Shown in pieces: positions 1 through 8,986 of a stretch of DNA of 44,644 bases. Location: assembly GCA_903864515.1 (NCBI GenBank), contig CAIPFZ010000027.1:1-44644 (forward strand), written 5' to 3'. Made by a program: the position numbers and the translations under genes. Position 1 is the stretch's first letter. Every line of letters begins with the position of its first letter. Below the pieces are notes generated by a model. That model saw only the letters and a list, made by a program, of their open reading frames with translations. It made no database searches and was not told where the DNA came from. Source of the stretch: an uncultured bacterium. GTDB lineage: Bacteria > Patescibacteriota > Minisyncoccia > Phycocordibacterales > CAIZLB01.

Positions 1-58
1 AATTCTTTGGAATTCTTACCCCAAAACTATTGCCCCATTTTTTAATCTTAGTATTCAT
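1..58 (-). CDS. AbrB/MazE-family DNA-binding protein (antitoxin-like), 5' part only, runs off window start
   Basis: Manual translation from ATG at 58: MNTKIKKWGNSFGVRIPKN, the KWGNSxGxRIP signature of AbrB/MazE; TATACT 7 nt upstream of ATG. Confidence 0.8.
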   Translation of the reverse strand, partial: MNTKIKKWGNSFGVRIPKN

Positions 59-204
59 ATTATCAAGTATATACATAGTATAGCCATTGTCAATCTGGAA
101 ATTATACTAAAACAAATTTACAATGTTTTAAAACTATAACAAACAGTCTTAAAGTTTCTATAAAGATTATATAAAGAATTCCTAAATATTTTATATACAA
201 AGAC

Positions 205-1038
205 CTAAACCCTCTCCATCACCCCTCGTATTGCCTTATTGTGATCAATTTTCCTACCACCCATCTTAACAAACTCAAACATATCAGAGAGAAATAACGC
301 CATACTCTTGTTCGTAATTTCAATTGCAACCTCCTCATGCCAGTTTATGAGTAGCGCAGTGTTTTTAAATAGCCAAACCTCACAATTGTGATTGAAGAAA
401 TTATTTGGAAAAACCGTATAGTCTGCCATTCTACCGCTCAAACTCTCCACCGTTTCTTTATTTTTTCTTGGGTCTTTCTTTATTTCTTGCAAATATGAGT
501 CATAAGCAGATTCATTAAGCATTCCATCCAATATTAAATGATTCTTAACAATAGATCTATTGAAATCAACCAGCTGGTCCTTGCTAACCTTATCTTGCAG
601 TTCAAGCCATGACTTGTGGTGTTGAATTGCTTTAATACGTTCATTCTTATTTACCGATGCAATTCTTTGATACGCCGGAACAATTTCCTTGGCACCAACG
701 TGAATAATAAACTCATTTTCTTTGGACGTTTTAATTCTTGCACCACGGAGTTCTCCAGAACTTTTTGATTCAATATTAATTTCATCAAACACATCTTTAA
801 ACTTTGATGATAATTCTTTTTTACCAATCGCAATATAGACAGATCTTTTTCCAACCTTAACACACTCAACAAGACCCTTGTCCATCAACTTCTCCAGTAC
901 ATATAAAATACCCGTACGAGATAATCCCGTGAGTCTTTTGATATCCTGAGGGCTCTTTGCTAGGTCCAAGGCCTTAAGCACCTCAATTTCAGTCTCGGTC
1001 AATCCAAGTATTTTGAATGTTTTACTATACCAATTCAT
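205..1038 (-). CDS. TrmB-family winged-HTH regulator (pair 1)
   Basis: N-terminal LGLTETEIEV...LSRTGILYVLEKLMDKGLV wHTH plus TrmB-like C-terminal effector domain. Confidence 0.8.
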   Translation of the reverse strand: MNWYSKTFKILGLTETEIEVLKALDLAKSPQDIKRLTGLSRTGILYVLEKLMDKGLVECVKVGKRSVYIAIGKKELSSKFKDVFDEINIESKSSGELRGARIKTSKENEFIIHVGAKEIVPAYQRIASVNKNERIKAIQHHKSWLELQDKVSKDQLVDFNRSIVKNHLILDGMLNESAYDSYLQEIKKDPRKNKETVESLSGRMADYTVFPNNFFNHNCEVWLFKNTALLINWHEEVAIEITNKSMALFLSDMFEFVKMGGRKIDHNKAIRGVMERV

Positions 1039-1044
1039 ATGTTA

Positions 1045-1073
1045 AATATATCAAATAACTAATTTTTAGTCAA
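1045..1073 (-). promoter_or_regulatory. sigma70-type promoter of TrmB 1 (leaderless)
   Basis: TTGACT-17 nt-TATATT with TG extension, 6 nt before ATG. Confidence 0.65.
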
Positions 1074-1225
1074 TTGTATATAATAAAATACAGCCTTGTA
1101 AAGCCGTAATTATGTAAAATAATCTTAATGACACATTTTTATAGACCATGTCAAATCAATCCCCTATAATTAACCCATTATCAATTAACCAAACCGCGAT
1201 ACAAAAGCGGAATAAATTAAAAATT

Positions 1226-2332
1226 ATGAATAAAAAAAATATTGGAATACTGGCGATCATAGTCATCGTAATTATCGCGGCAATAGGTTTTAACAACAGA
1301 AATACCGCGCATAATCCAGAAACTCTAAAGATTGGGGTTATCGCTCCCCTATCTGGCGACTTTGGTGCTGTTGGTGAAAACTTCGTCAATGGAATCAAAA
1401 CCGCAAAAGTTGCATACGAGAAGAAAACTGGAAATACAGTTGAACTCGTAATTGAAAATGATGGAGGTGAGGCAACCAAAGGACTTAGCGCTTTCAAGAA
1501 GCTGAGTGAGGTTGATAAGGTTGATGGAATGATAAATACATTCACAAGTACAATGGATGCAATTTATACTCCCAGTCAAACTCTTCCCTACCCAATCATG
1601 ATGGGATTCTTTCAGGCAAACAATTCACTAGATGACAACGTATTTCAAATCACCCTCAGAAATGATGGGGTTTGGAACAAGTACGCTGACTATCTCAAGA
1701 AGACTGATTTTGATAAAAGTAATCTCGTAATTGTTCGTTCAATAGATTCTGCACAAGATTCAATGGCAAAAGATTTTGAAAAGAATTATGGCGATAAGTT
1801 CACAGAAGTAACAGCATCATCTGACAAAGAAGCGCTTAAAACTGATGCTGCAAAGATTGCGGGATTGAAGCCGACAGCAATTGTCTTCTTCATGACACCT
1901 GAGAATGGTGCAATACTTACAAAGGAACTATTACAGCTCATTCCAAAAAATACTCAATTGATTTATGACATTCAAATCAATACAGGTATTCAGTATTACA
2001 AAGATCAACTTGGAGATTTGAATAAGATAAACGGCGCAATAACAATTGTTCCTGAAGCTGAAGCAAATCAAAAGTTTATTAGCGAATACAAGGCGGTGAT
2101 TGGAAAGGATCCTGGATTCACATCAGACTTTGGATATGATGCCTTCATGGTATACATGGAGAATTACAACAAAGATAAAGGCGCTTGGATTTCAAGTCTT
2201 AAGGAGACTGACAAGGCAGGAGCAAGTGGTCAACTTAAGTTTGATAGTAAAGGTGTGGTAATTCCAAACCTAACAATTAAGAAAGTTGAAGGAGGAGAAA
2301 TGAAGGTGGTGGAGAGATTGCCTTTTAACTAA
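1226..2332 (+). CDS. LivJ/LivK-like ABC substrate-binding protein, N-terminal membrane anchor (SBP1)
   Basis: KIGVIAPLSGDFGAVG, FGYDA, GASGQLKFDSKG motifs; start moved to MNKKN before the hydrophobic segment. Confidence 0.88.
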   Translation: MNKKNIGILAIIVIVIIAAIGFNNRNTAHNPETLKIGVIAPLSGDFGAVGENFVNGIKTAKVAYEKKTGNTVELVIENDGGEATKGLSAFKKLSEVDKVDGMINTFTSTMDAIYTPSQTLPYPIMMGFFQANNSLDDNVFQITLRNDGVWNKYADYLKKTDFDKSNLVIVRSIDSAQDSMAKDFEKNYGDKFTEVTASSDKEALKTDAAKIAGLKPTAIVFFMTPENGAILTKELLQLIPKNTQLIYDIQINTGIQYYKDQLGDLNKINGAITIVPEAEANQKFISEYKAVIGKDPGFTSDFGYDAFMVYMENYNKDKGAWISSLKETDKAGASGQLKFDSKGVVIPNLTIKKVEGGEMKVVERLPFN

Positions 2333-2396
2333 TCCCCTTTATTGAGTCATTGAAAAGTATGGTATAATCTCAAAGTTAAAAGTAAAATATAAAAAT

Positions 2397-2798
2397 ATGA
2401 TTAATTTTGATAAAGATTTTCTCGGTAGAGACAATACTGAAATTAAACCAAGAGTTTTAAACTCTGAGGAGAATAGGCCCAACAAGGATGCCTTAGATGC
2501 TCAACGAATAAAGTATATAATTCAAGCCATAGATGAATGTGAAGATGAGATTAAGAAGATGCAGCAAAATGATGTAAACGATGCGAATCGCTATATCGCA
2601 GTAATCAGAAACCAACTTAATCTTGATCATCTAAAATCTTTTAGTGGTAAAGATGAAAGTGAGTCAAAAGAAGTCACATATGAAGTATATACTACATATG
2701 ATGATAAAATTATAGGAAAACGTTTATTAGCACACTCTCTGTCTCACGGATTTTCTGTGGAAGCGAAGAATTCATTAAGAAGAGAGTCTGGTATATAA
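2397..2798 (+). CDS. hypothetical protein
   Basis: 133-aa ORF with upstream TGgTATAAT and downstream terminator. Confidence 0.65.
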   Translation: MINFDKDFLGRDNTEIKPRVLNSEENRPNKDALDAQRIKYIIQAIDECEDEIKKMQQNDVNDANRYIAVIRNQLNLDHLKSFSGKDESESKEVTYEVYTTYDDKIIGKRLLAHSLSHGFSVEAKNSLRRESGI

Positions 2799-2826
2799 AA
2801 CACTTGATTAGTTTATGTCACCAACA

Positions 2827-2866
2827 CAATGACAAAACCCCGAGACATCTCGGGGTTTTGTCATTG
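2827..2866. terminator. bidirectional intrinsic terminator
   Basis: perfect 19-bp inverted repeat caatgacaaaaccccgaga/tctcggggttttgtcattg between convergent genes. Confidence 0.85.
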
Positions 2867-2882
2867 ATCTAGTAGAAGTTTA

Positions 2883-3962
2883 TTACTTCACAACCTCAAA
2901 CTCAGCACCAACAATCTTAAATAGAGTATTGTCTCTCAACTTTATTTCCTGATTATTATCAATACTTATTTTACCAACATATGTTCCTCTGTCGCGTACT
3001 TGCCTTAATTTATCAGATACACACTTCACAGTATTTTTAGAACATTCTTTCTGGTTCTCATACATCATCTTTACCATTTCATATCCAACCAAAGCAAAAT
3101 CATTTGGGTATCTGTTATATTTAGCAAAATATCTATTAGTAAAAGTTTTATCTGGATAAATAGATGTTGAAGAAAATACAACTAGCTTTTTCTGATTATC
3201 ACTCAAACTGTTTGCAACATCCTTGTTTACTGAATATGATGTTGTGTAAACCTTTGGAGAGATTCCTTGCTCAATCATTTGATTCATGAATCCTTTAAAG
3301 TAATTACTTTTTATTTCAATAAATATACAATCTGGATTATGTGACTTAACTTTAGTAACAACATCTTTAAAGTCATTTTTATCTGTTAAGAAAGTATCAT
3401 TCATTACAATCTTATCCACCCCTAAAGCCTGTGTAAAACCTTTAACTTTATCCAAACCACCGTCTGTATTTTCAGTTAAAGTAACAACCTTAGAGCATTG
3501 TTTACTTGCATTTGTACCATCTGCAAAACCGTTTTGTATCATTTCAGCACCTATTGCAAAGAAATTCTTTCCATAACTACCTATTGGTTTAACATCAGAT
3601 GTAGCGGTTGTAGAGAAAACAATTACATCGTCTTTGTTTTTAAAATTTGATGCGACAGAAATACTTGCACCTCTAAACGCTGTCATGATTATATTATTAC
3701 CATCATTGTATAATTGAAGAGCTGCATTTAAACTATCAGTAGGATTTGCTTTTCCATCTTGATAATTCAATTTAACTCCATAATCTTCTGCGGCCATATC
3801 CATTCCCCTTTTATAATCTTCCCCAACCGCTGAGACAGGACCTGTAAGTGGCAATACAACACCAACTTTTATTCCATTATCATTTATAGTTGATTTACTG
3901 ATCATAAAGACTATTATAACAATGACCACAACAACTGAAATTATTTTAATTATTTTTTTCAT
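2883..3962 (-). CDS. LivJ/LivK-like substrate-binding protein (SBP2)
   Basis: KVGVVLPLTGPVSAVG, DFKDVVTKVK..NPD, LVGYE motifs; N-terminal TM anchor. Confidence 0.88.
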   Translation of the reverse strand: MKKIIKIISVVVVIVIIVFMISKSTINDNGIKVGVVLPLTGPVSAVGEDYKRGMDMAAEDYGVKLNYQDGKANPTDSLNAALQLYNDGNNIIMTAFRGASISVASNFKNKDDVIVFSTTATSDVKPIGSYGKNFFAIGAEMIQNGFADGTNASKQCSKVVTLTENTDGGLDKVKGFTQALGVDKIVMNDTFLTDKNDFKDVVTKVKSHNPDCIFIEIKSNYFKGFMNQMIEQGISPKVYTTSYSVNKDVANSLSDNQKKLVVFSSTSIYPDKTFTNRYFAKYNRYPNDFALVGYEMVKMMYENQKECSKNTVKCVSDKLRQVRDRGTYVGKISIDNNQEIKLRDNTLFKIVGAEFEVVK

Positions 3963-4152
3963 ATTTTATTCAGCAGGACGATTCTAATGAATCACCCACT
4001 GCGTTTATTTAATATTTAACTATGTAAATTATAAGACACTTTTATATTGCTGTCAGTAATTTTAATGATATATTTCTATTTTGCATTTAGAGCTTAAGAT
4101 TAGGCTTTAAACACTCGTTTACTGTTGTCCCGTTTTGTGACAGAATATTAGC

Positions 4153-4893
4153 ATGACCAATTTAGCAAAAAACCTTGAATTATTTGGATTTGATTCAAGA
4201 GAAATTAAAATATATATCTTCCTATTATCAAACAAGGATTTACCTGTTTATAAGATAGCTACGGAAATAGGATTACCAAGAACTACTGTATACAAAATTC
4301 TCGAATCACTGAGAAAGCAAGGATTTGTATCAAGCTGGATTAAAAATGGCGTTAAATACTTCTCTGCTGAAAGTCCTGAAAGACTAAATGATTTAATACA
4401 AAAGAAACAAGAGGCGCTAAAAGAGGCAATGCCTGAAATGCTGAGTATGTTTGATTCCAAATCCATTTATCCCAAAGCAAAGCTTTATTTTGGGAAAGAA
4501 GGTGTTAAACACGCATTTGAAATGTTATTAGACAATCTAAAGACAAACAAAACTCCAATCATCTATGCATATACAGACAATATGCTAACAAAACAATTTC
4601 CAGTTTTTTTTAAGGAGTGGCGAGAAAGAAAAAACAAAGCAACAAATGCTTTTACCCAACTTATCGTTCCATTTGGAACTTCAATGGATAAAGATTATTT
4701 AACCGATCAGCACAGAGAGACTCGAGTGATGCCAAAAGATTTTTCCTTCACTGGTGCAGTAGATATATGTGATGGACTAGTTCTATTCTTTTCCTTTCAT
4801 GAGAAGGAAGTCTATTCAATAGTTATCGAATCTCCCATCGTTTCAGACATGCTAACAAAATTGTTTAAATATATTTGGAAGACGTTGGAATAA
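4153..4893 (+). CDS. TrmB-family regulator (pair 2)
   Basis: GFDSREIKIYIFLL...IGLPRTTVYKILESLRKQGFV...FSAESPE; YFGKEGVK. Confidence 0.88.
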   Translation: MTNLAKNLELFGFDSREIKIYIFLLSNKDLPVYKIATEIGLPRTTVYKILESLRKQGFVSSWIKNGVKYFSAESPERLNDLIQKKQEALKEAMPEMLSMFDSKSIYPKAKLYFGKEGVKHAFEMLLDNLKTNKTPIIYAYTDNMLTKQFPVFFKEWRERKNKATNAFTQLIVPFGTSMDKDYLTDQHRETRVMPKDFSFTGAVDICDGLVLFFSFHEKEVYSIVIESPIVSDMLTKLFKYIWKTLE

Positions 4894-4934
4894 ATAATTC
4901 GTAAACAAATAAATCATTTGATATAATAAATTTA

Positions 4935-5129
4935 ATGAATAAAACAAAAGAAGGTTTCATTATAGGAATCGCCATCTCAGTAATTATAATCATGGGTACA
5001 TTTTCATTGTGTAGTCAAAGTGGTAGTGGATGTGGCGAAAATCCTATTCAAATTTTTGCAATATTCGGGTCAATGATTGTTATCTTTATAAGCGGAGCAA
5101 TCGGATCATTGATTAAAACTAAACAGTGA
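4935..5129 (+). CDS. small two-TM membrane protein
   Basis: 64 aa, two hydrophobic segments; TGaTATAAT 7 nt before ATG. Confidence 0.6.
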   Translation: MNKTKEGFIIGIAISVIIIMGTFSLCSQSGSGCGENPIQIFAIFGSMIVIFISGAIGSLIKTKQ

Positions 5130-5156
5130 TTTATTTGATAAATTCAACAGTAAAAG

Positions 5157-5186
5157 AAATCGGTAGCCTTATATGGTTACCGATTT
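5157..5186. terminator. intrinsic terminator (convergent junction)
   Basis: aaatcggtagcc-ttatat-ggttaccgattt hairpin. Confidence 0.65.
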
Positions 5187-5234
5187 GTTTTATTTTTATA
5201 ATGTAGAAGTAAATAATAATTCTATTACTCCCTA

Positions 5235-6326
5235 TCATCTCTCAAACTTCACAAACTTTCCATCCTTAAAGATATGTAGCTCACTTACAAGTGTCCTTGA
5301 ACCAGTCTTATCAAAGGTTATCTTTCCAGACATTCCTTCAATTGATAGTCCATCTTTCTCAAGTGTAGCCTTCCAATCTTTTTTATCTTTGCCAGCAAGA
5401 ACCTTTCCGATAACTTGCACCGCATCATACCCATAAACTCCAAGGAAGTTTGGTTCTGAATTGTAGGCCGCCTTGTATCTTTGTAGATAATCTTTACTTG
5501 TGTTATCAGCAATCATTGTTGATAGACATCCTTCAAAAGCACTGTTAGTCAAACCTTTTTTAAGATAGTCACCAATTGAAAGCTCAATGTTTCCATCGCA
5601 AATTATTTGAGGCTTCACACCTTTTGATTGCTTGTTGACCTCATTGATAAACTTAACACCTTGATCAACTCCCAAGAAAACTGTGTATGAATCGACTCCT
5701 TGATCGAGCATCTTTGAAACTTCTGTTCTAACGTCTGAGTTTGATGACACAGGTACCTCAATATATTCTTGATTACTTAGTCCTTGAATCATCATATTCT
5801 TGTTTGTCATGAAGAGCTGTGAGTCTGATGCATAAACAATCGCAACCTTTTTATACTTTCCAGAAACTTCTTTTCCTAATGTCTTAAACAACTCCGTTGC
5901 CCAAGGAATCACTTCAAAGACATTGTCTTTCTCAACCGTAGATTCATTACCAACCGTCAACATCAATTCATCTGTTTGATTAATCTTTGGTTTAAGAACC
6001 TCAAGTGTTGGGCTATCAAGACCCACAACAATATCCACATTATCAACTGATTGTAATTTGTTGTATGCAGAAAGTCCTTTTGCTGAATCGAATTGACCAT
6101 CTTCAAATATAATTTCTATATTATTATTTTGTAAATCCTTCAAACTCATCTCCATTGAATTTTTTACACTTTCACCAAACGATGCGTATTGTCCTGAAAG
6201 TGGTATAACAACTCCAACCTTTATTTTATTGTTTGTTACCGGCTTGTTGCCGTTACTGTATGATACAGCTCCCACAACAATCAGTATCAGAACCACAACC
6301 GCAATAATTATTTTTTTGTTTTTCAT
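5235..6326 (-). CDS. LivJ/LivK-like substrate-binding protein (SBP3)
   Basis: KVGVVIPLSGQYASFG, YGYDAV, GMSGKITFDKTG; start at MKNKK. Confidence 0.88.
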   Translation of the reverse strand: MKNKKIIIAVVVLILIVVGAVSYSNGNKPVTNNKIKVGVVIPLSGQYASFGESVKNSMEMSLKDLQNNNIEIIFEDGQFDSAKGLSAYNKLQSVDNVDIVVGLDSPTLEVLKPKINQTDELMLTVGNESTVEKDNVFEVIPWATELFKTLGKEVSGKYKKVAIVYASDSQLFMTNKNMMIQGLSNQEYIEVPVSSNSDVRTEVSKMLDQGVDSYTVFLGVDQGVKFINEVNKQSKGVKPQIICDGNIELSIGDYLKKGLTNSAFEGCLSTMIADNTSKDYLQRYKAAYNSEPNFLGVYGYDAVQVIGKVLAGKDKKDWKATLEKDGLSIEGMSGKITFDKTGSRTLVSELHIFKDGKFVKFER

Positions 6327-6491
6327 GTGATTTTGCGAAATCATGTCGCGCCTCCGTCCATATGGCGAGACTCTGATTGATTAATTTTTAATAACTAAAT
6401 TATGTAACAATTATAGGGTGTTGTAAAATATGGTATTTTCCAAAACTACCCCCATTTTAATCTATGTTTACAGCCATATACTCCCTATCGC

Positions 6492-6521
6492 TTGACGGAA
6501 TTTCCGACAAAGTGGTATAGT
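6492..6521 (+). promoter_or_regulatory. sigma70-type promoter of TrmB 3 (leaderless)
   Basis: TTGACG-18 nt-TATAGT with TG extension, 6 nt before ATG. Confidence 0.65.
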
Positions 6522-6527
6522 TAAGGC

Positions 6528-7373
6528 ATGAAATTAACCAAAGACTTGGTAAAAATACTTGGTTTAACTGATTATGAAGTTACAATCCTAAAGGCTCTGA
6601 AGGAGAAAGAACTTATAATTCAAGATCTCGCTGTATATACCGACATACCTAGAACCTCCCTATACTATGCCCTACCCCATCTTGTGGATCGTGGCTTTAT
6701 TGAATCTTTCAGAAGAAACAAAAAGACATACTGGAGAAATACATACAAAGAGACAATTGATGATTTATTTGAGAAGCATAAATTAGATGAGGATGAAAAA
6801 GAGACAGGCGACACCTCTAATACTGAAGATAATTTTATTAAGAAAATTTCTCCAAAAACAAAAGTATATTTTTACAATGGAAAAAACCAAGCGGTTAATG
6901 TTTTTAGAGATATAGAAAAGTTACCACCACATAGTAGGTTTTATGGAATTCAACCTGAGGCATCCATTGTTGGCGCGATAACAGAAAATAGATTAGAAGA
7001 TATAATTGAATTTAATAAAAAAGTTAAATCATCAAAACTAATTGTTGAAGGAATAATTCATGAGAGAGGAACAGAGAGTATGGTTCAGTCACTCTCCCCG
7101 TCTGATAAAAAGAGACTTCTTGATAGTTTTTCAGGAAGATCAGCAGATACTTCAAAACTACCAGAGGGATTTCTTAATGATACTAAAGCTGAAATATATT
7201 TTTATGATGATAAAAAGATAGCAATAGTTAACTGGTATGAAGATTTTGCCATCATTATTGAGAACAAAGATGTCTTTGATTTGTTAATTGAGATGTTCAA
7301 ATCAACAAAGTATATGTTGAAAAAGTATGACCAGAATGAAAAGATTGCAAGGAAGTTGGTGGAGTTGGGATAG
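6528..7373 (+). CDS. TrmB-family regulator (pair 3), same subfamily as TrmB 1
   Basis: LGLTDYEV...IPRTSLYYALPHLVDRGFI; shares SxSGRxAD and NWxExxAI motifs with 205..1038. Confidence 0.82.
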   Translation: MKLTKDLVKILGLTDYEVTILKALKEKELIIQDLAVYTDIPRTSLYYALPHLVDRGFIESFRRNKKTYWRNTYKETIDDLFEKHKLDEDEKETGDTSNTEDNFIKKISPKTKVYFYNGKNQAVNVFRDIEKLPPHSRFYGIQPEASIVGAITENRLEDIIEFNKKVKSSKLIVEGIIHERGTESMVQSLSPSDKKRLLDSFSGRSADTSKLPEGFLNDTKAEIYFYDDKKIAIVNWYEDFAIIIENKDVFDLLIEMFKSTKYMLKKYDQNEKIARKLVELG

Positions 7374-7393
7374 ATGATAAATTTTAGATAATT

Positions 7394-7579
7394 TTATTTT
7401 ATAGAGTTTAACCATCTTATTGCATCTTTTGAGTTTTTGAACGTAGGAGATTTATCTGATTTCTTTTCTAAGTTGGTAGCTTTTATTATAGACTCCAAAT
7501 GTTTCGTCATCTTATACTCAGAAGGTGTATGTGATTTTTTATTTGCCACGTATTTTTTAGATACAGCTCTCTTGTTCAT
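7394..7579 (-). CDS. small hypothetical protein, possibly antitoxin-like
   Basis: 61 aa from MNKRAV; C-terminal PTFKNSKDAIRWLN resembles tails of small type II antitoxins. Confidence 0.45.
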   Translation of the reverse strand: MNKRAVSKKYVANKKSHTPSEYKMTKHLESIIKATNLEKKSDKSPTFKNSKDAIRWLNSIK

Positions 7580-7774
7580 ACCAATATAGTATATACCAAA
7601 ATCCATACGATGTGGAACATCAAGAATGTGTGTTGATGGATAAGATGTTTTAGTTTTGCAAAAAAAACAAAAGAAAAAGCCCCACGTTTTCACGCAGAGG
7701 CTATTTTATGATTTAGGGAATTGAACCCACGGCCATTCAACCGAGTGGAGAATACCACTATGAGACAACTGGGG

Positions 7775-8227
7775 CTACGCGCCGTTATGACGCGCAACAC
7801 TCCTGATTCCGAACTTCCGCCATGGGACGGTGCGGATTTCTCCGCTTGAGAGGACTTGCCTCTCAAAGTATCGGATGAGGGTGACATTATCCCCTCGCGA
7901 CCCCTGCCCCTCTAGGAAGAGCGTGACCGGCCCAGGGCCGACCAGATAGCTGAGGTCATAGGAGGTCATCGGCCTCCCGCGCCACGGTGCGGCGGTGAGG
8001 AGAACCTCTTTGTCCGCCGCAATGGAGTGGATCTTGATCTCGGCCGGAACCGAGACCTCCTTCCACACCAGGTCGCGCTTAACGACCGAGGCTTCCTTGC
8101 CTCCCTGCTTTTGACCACAGGAAGTGAAGGTGCAGGCGATGAATCCTGCAAGGGCGAATAGACAGATTAAGCTGCCCACTTTCACGATTTTGGCCGTGAT
8201 GCCGTTGGTGCTGGTGTTGTTAGCCAT
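7775..8227 (-). CDS. hypothetical exported or lipoprotein-like protein, GC-rich (foreign)
   Basis: hydrophobic segment ending ACTFTSCG; base composition much richer in GC than the flanks. Confidence 0.65.
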   Translation of the reverse strand: MANNTSTNGITAKIVKVGSLICLFALAGFIACTFTSCGQKQGGKEASVVKRDLVWKEVSVPAEIKIHSIAADKEVLLTAAPWRGRPMTSYDLSYLVGPGPVTLFLEGQGSRGDNVTLIRYFERQVLSSGEIRTVPWRKFGIRSVARHNGA

Positions 8228-8309
8228 AAGCAAGGATCTAAAGATACATAAGCTTTAAATCTTTAATTATGACTAACAAGCACAACGTTTTTAAAGATCT
8301 ATATCTGCA

Positions 8310-8376
8310 GTATAATATCAGACAATACGCATATGTCAAGCATATATTTGACATATTTATAGTTATGTTCTAAAAT
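8310..8376. promoter_or_regulatory. back-to-back divergent sigma70-type promoters
   Basis: inverted repeat atatgtcaa(8331-8339)/ttgacatat(8348-8356); + strand TTGACA-17-TAAAAT; - strand TTGACA-16-TATTAT. Confidence 0.6.
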
Positions 8377-8457
8377 CTCAGTAGAGTTCCCTAGCCACAA
8401 CGGCAATTGATGAATCTCTATCTTTGACAACAAACCAAGCACCAAACCAATACAGAA

Positions 8458-8922
8458 ATGAAAGTTAAACTCACAGCAATTGTAACCATCCCCCGTTGCC
8501 ACCCTTACGAACTGACTGTCACACTCCACGAGAGCCATACCACAAATGACCGGCTTGTGAGTGGGAATGCACTCTACCGCCACGCCAGATCGGATTTGTA
8601 TCCAGACGGCACTCATTTTGAGATGGAGCTTAGCAATGATACAGTCTCCACCTTAGCAATTCCAAAGCCTTCAATCATTCACGCTGTCTTAGGGGAAAAC
8701 GGCAAATACTTTGTCTGCTACCCCAACAAGATTGAGACCCAAGGTGCCGCTGAGGATATTTTCAAAATCTGGGCAACAGGCTCTGTCGCCAGTCTGGATG
8801 AAGAGAAGGATCTACTACGACAACACTTCAACCCTGAGATCAGCACGGAGGGATTCCTGAAAATCATGAAGATTCGTTACGGGGTTACCTTGGCTAATTT
8901 CAAGATTACGGTTGAGGAGTAA
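8458..8922 (+). CDS. hypothetical protein
   Basis: 154-aa ORF with own promoter and terminator, elevated GC. Confidence 0.7.
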   Translation: MKVKLTAIVTIPRCHPYELTVTLHESHTTNDRLVSGNALYRHARSDLYPDGTHFEMELSNDTVSTLAIPKPSIIHAVLGENGKYFVCYPNKIETQGAAEDIFKIWATGSVASLDEEKDLLRQHFNPEISTEGFLKIMKIRYGVTLANFKITVEE

Positions 8923-8940
8923 AATACGGAGAGGAGATTC

Positions 8941-8977
8941 ATCAAAACCGCCCAGCGCAATCTGGGCGGCTTTTGAT
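8941..8977. terminator. bidirectional intrinsic terminator
   Basis: atcaaaaccgcccag-cgcaat-ctgggcggcttttgat. Confidence 0.8.
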
Positions 8978-8986
8978 TTGATTATT

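Noticed and set aside
6440-6463. Similarity to 21-48 (ccaaaacta..ccccatttt.aatct) as a shared operator
   Set aside because: The first copy is coding sequence of the MazE-like gene; a gapped low-complexity match, probably chance
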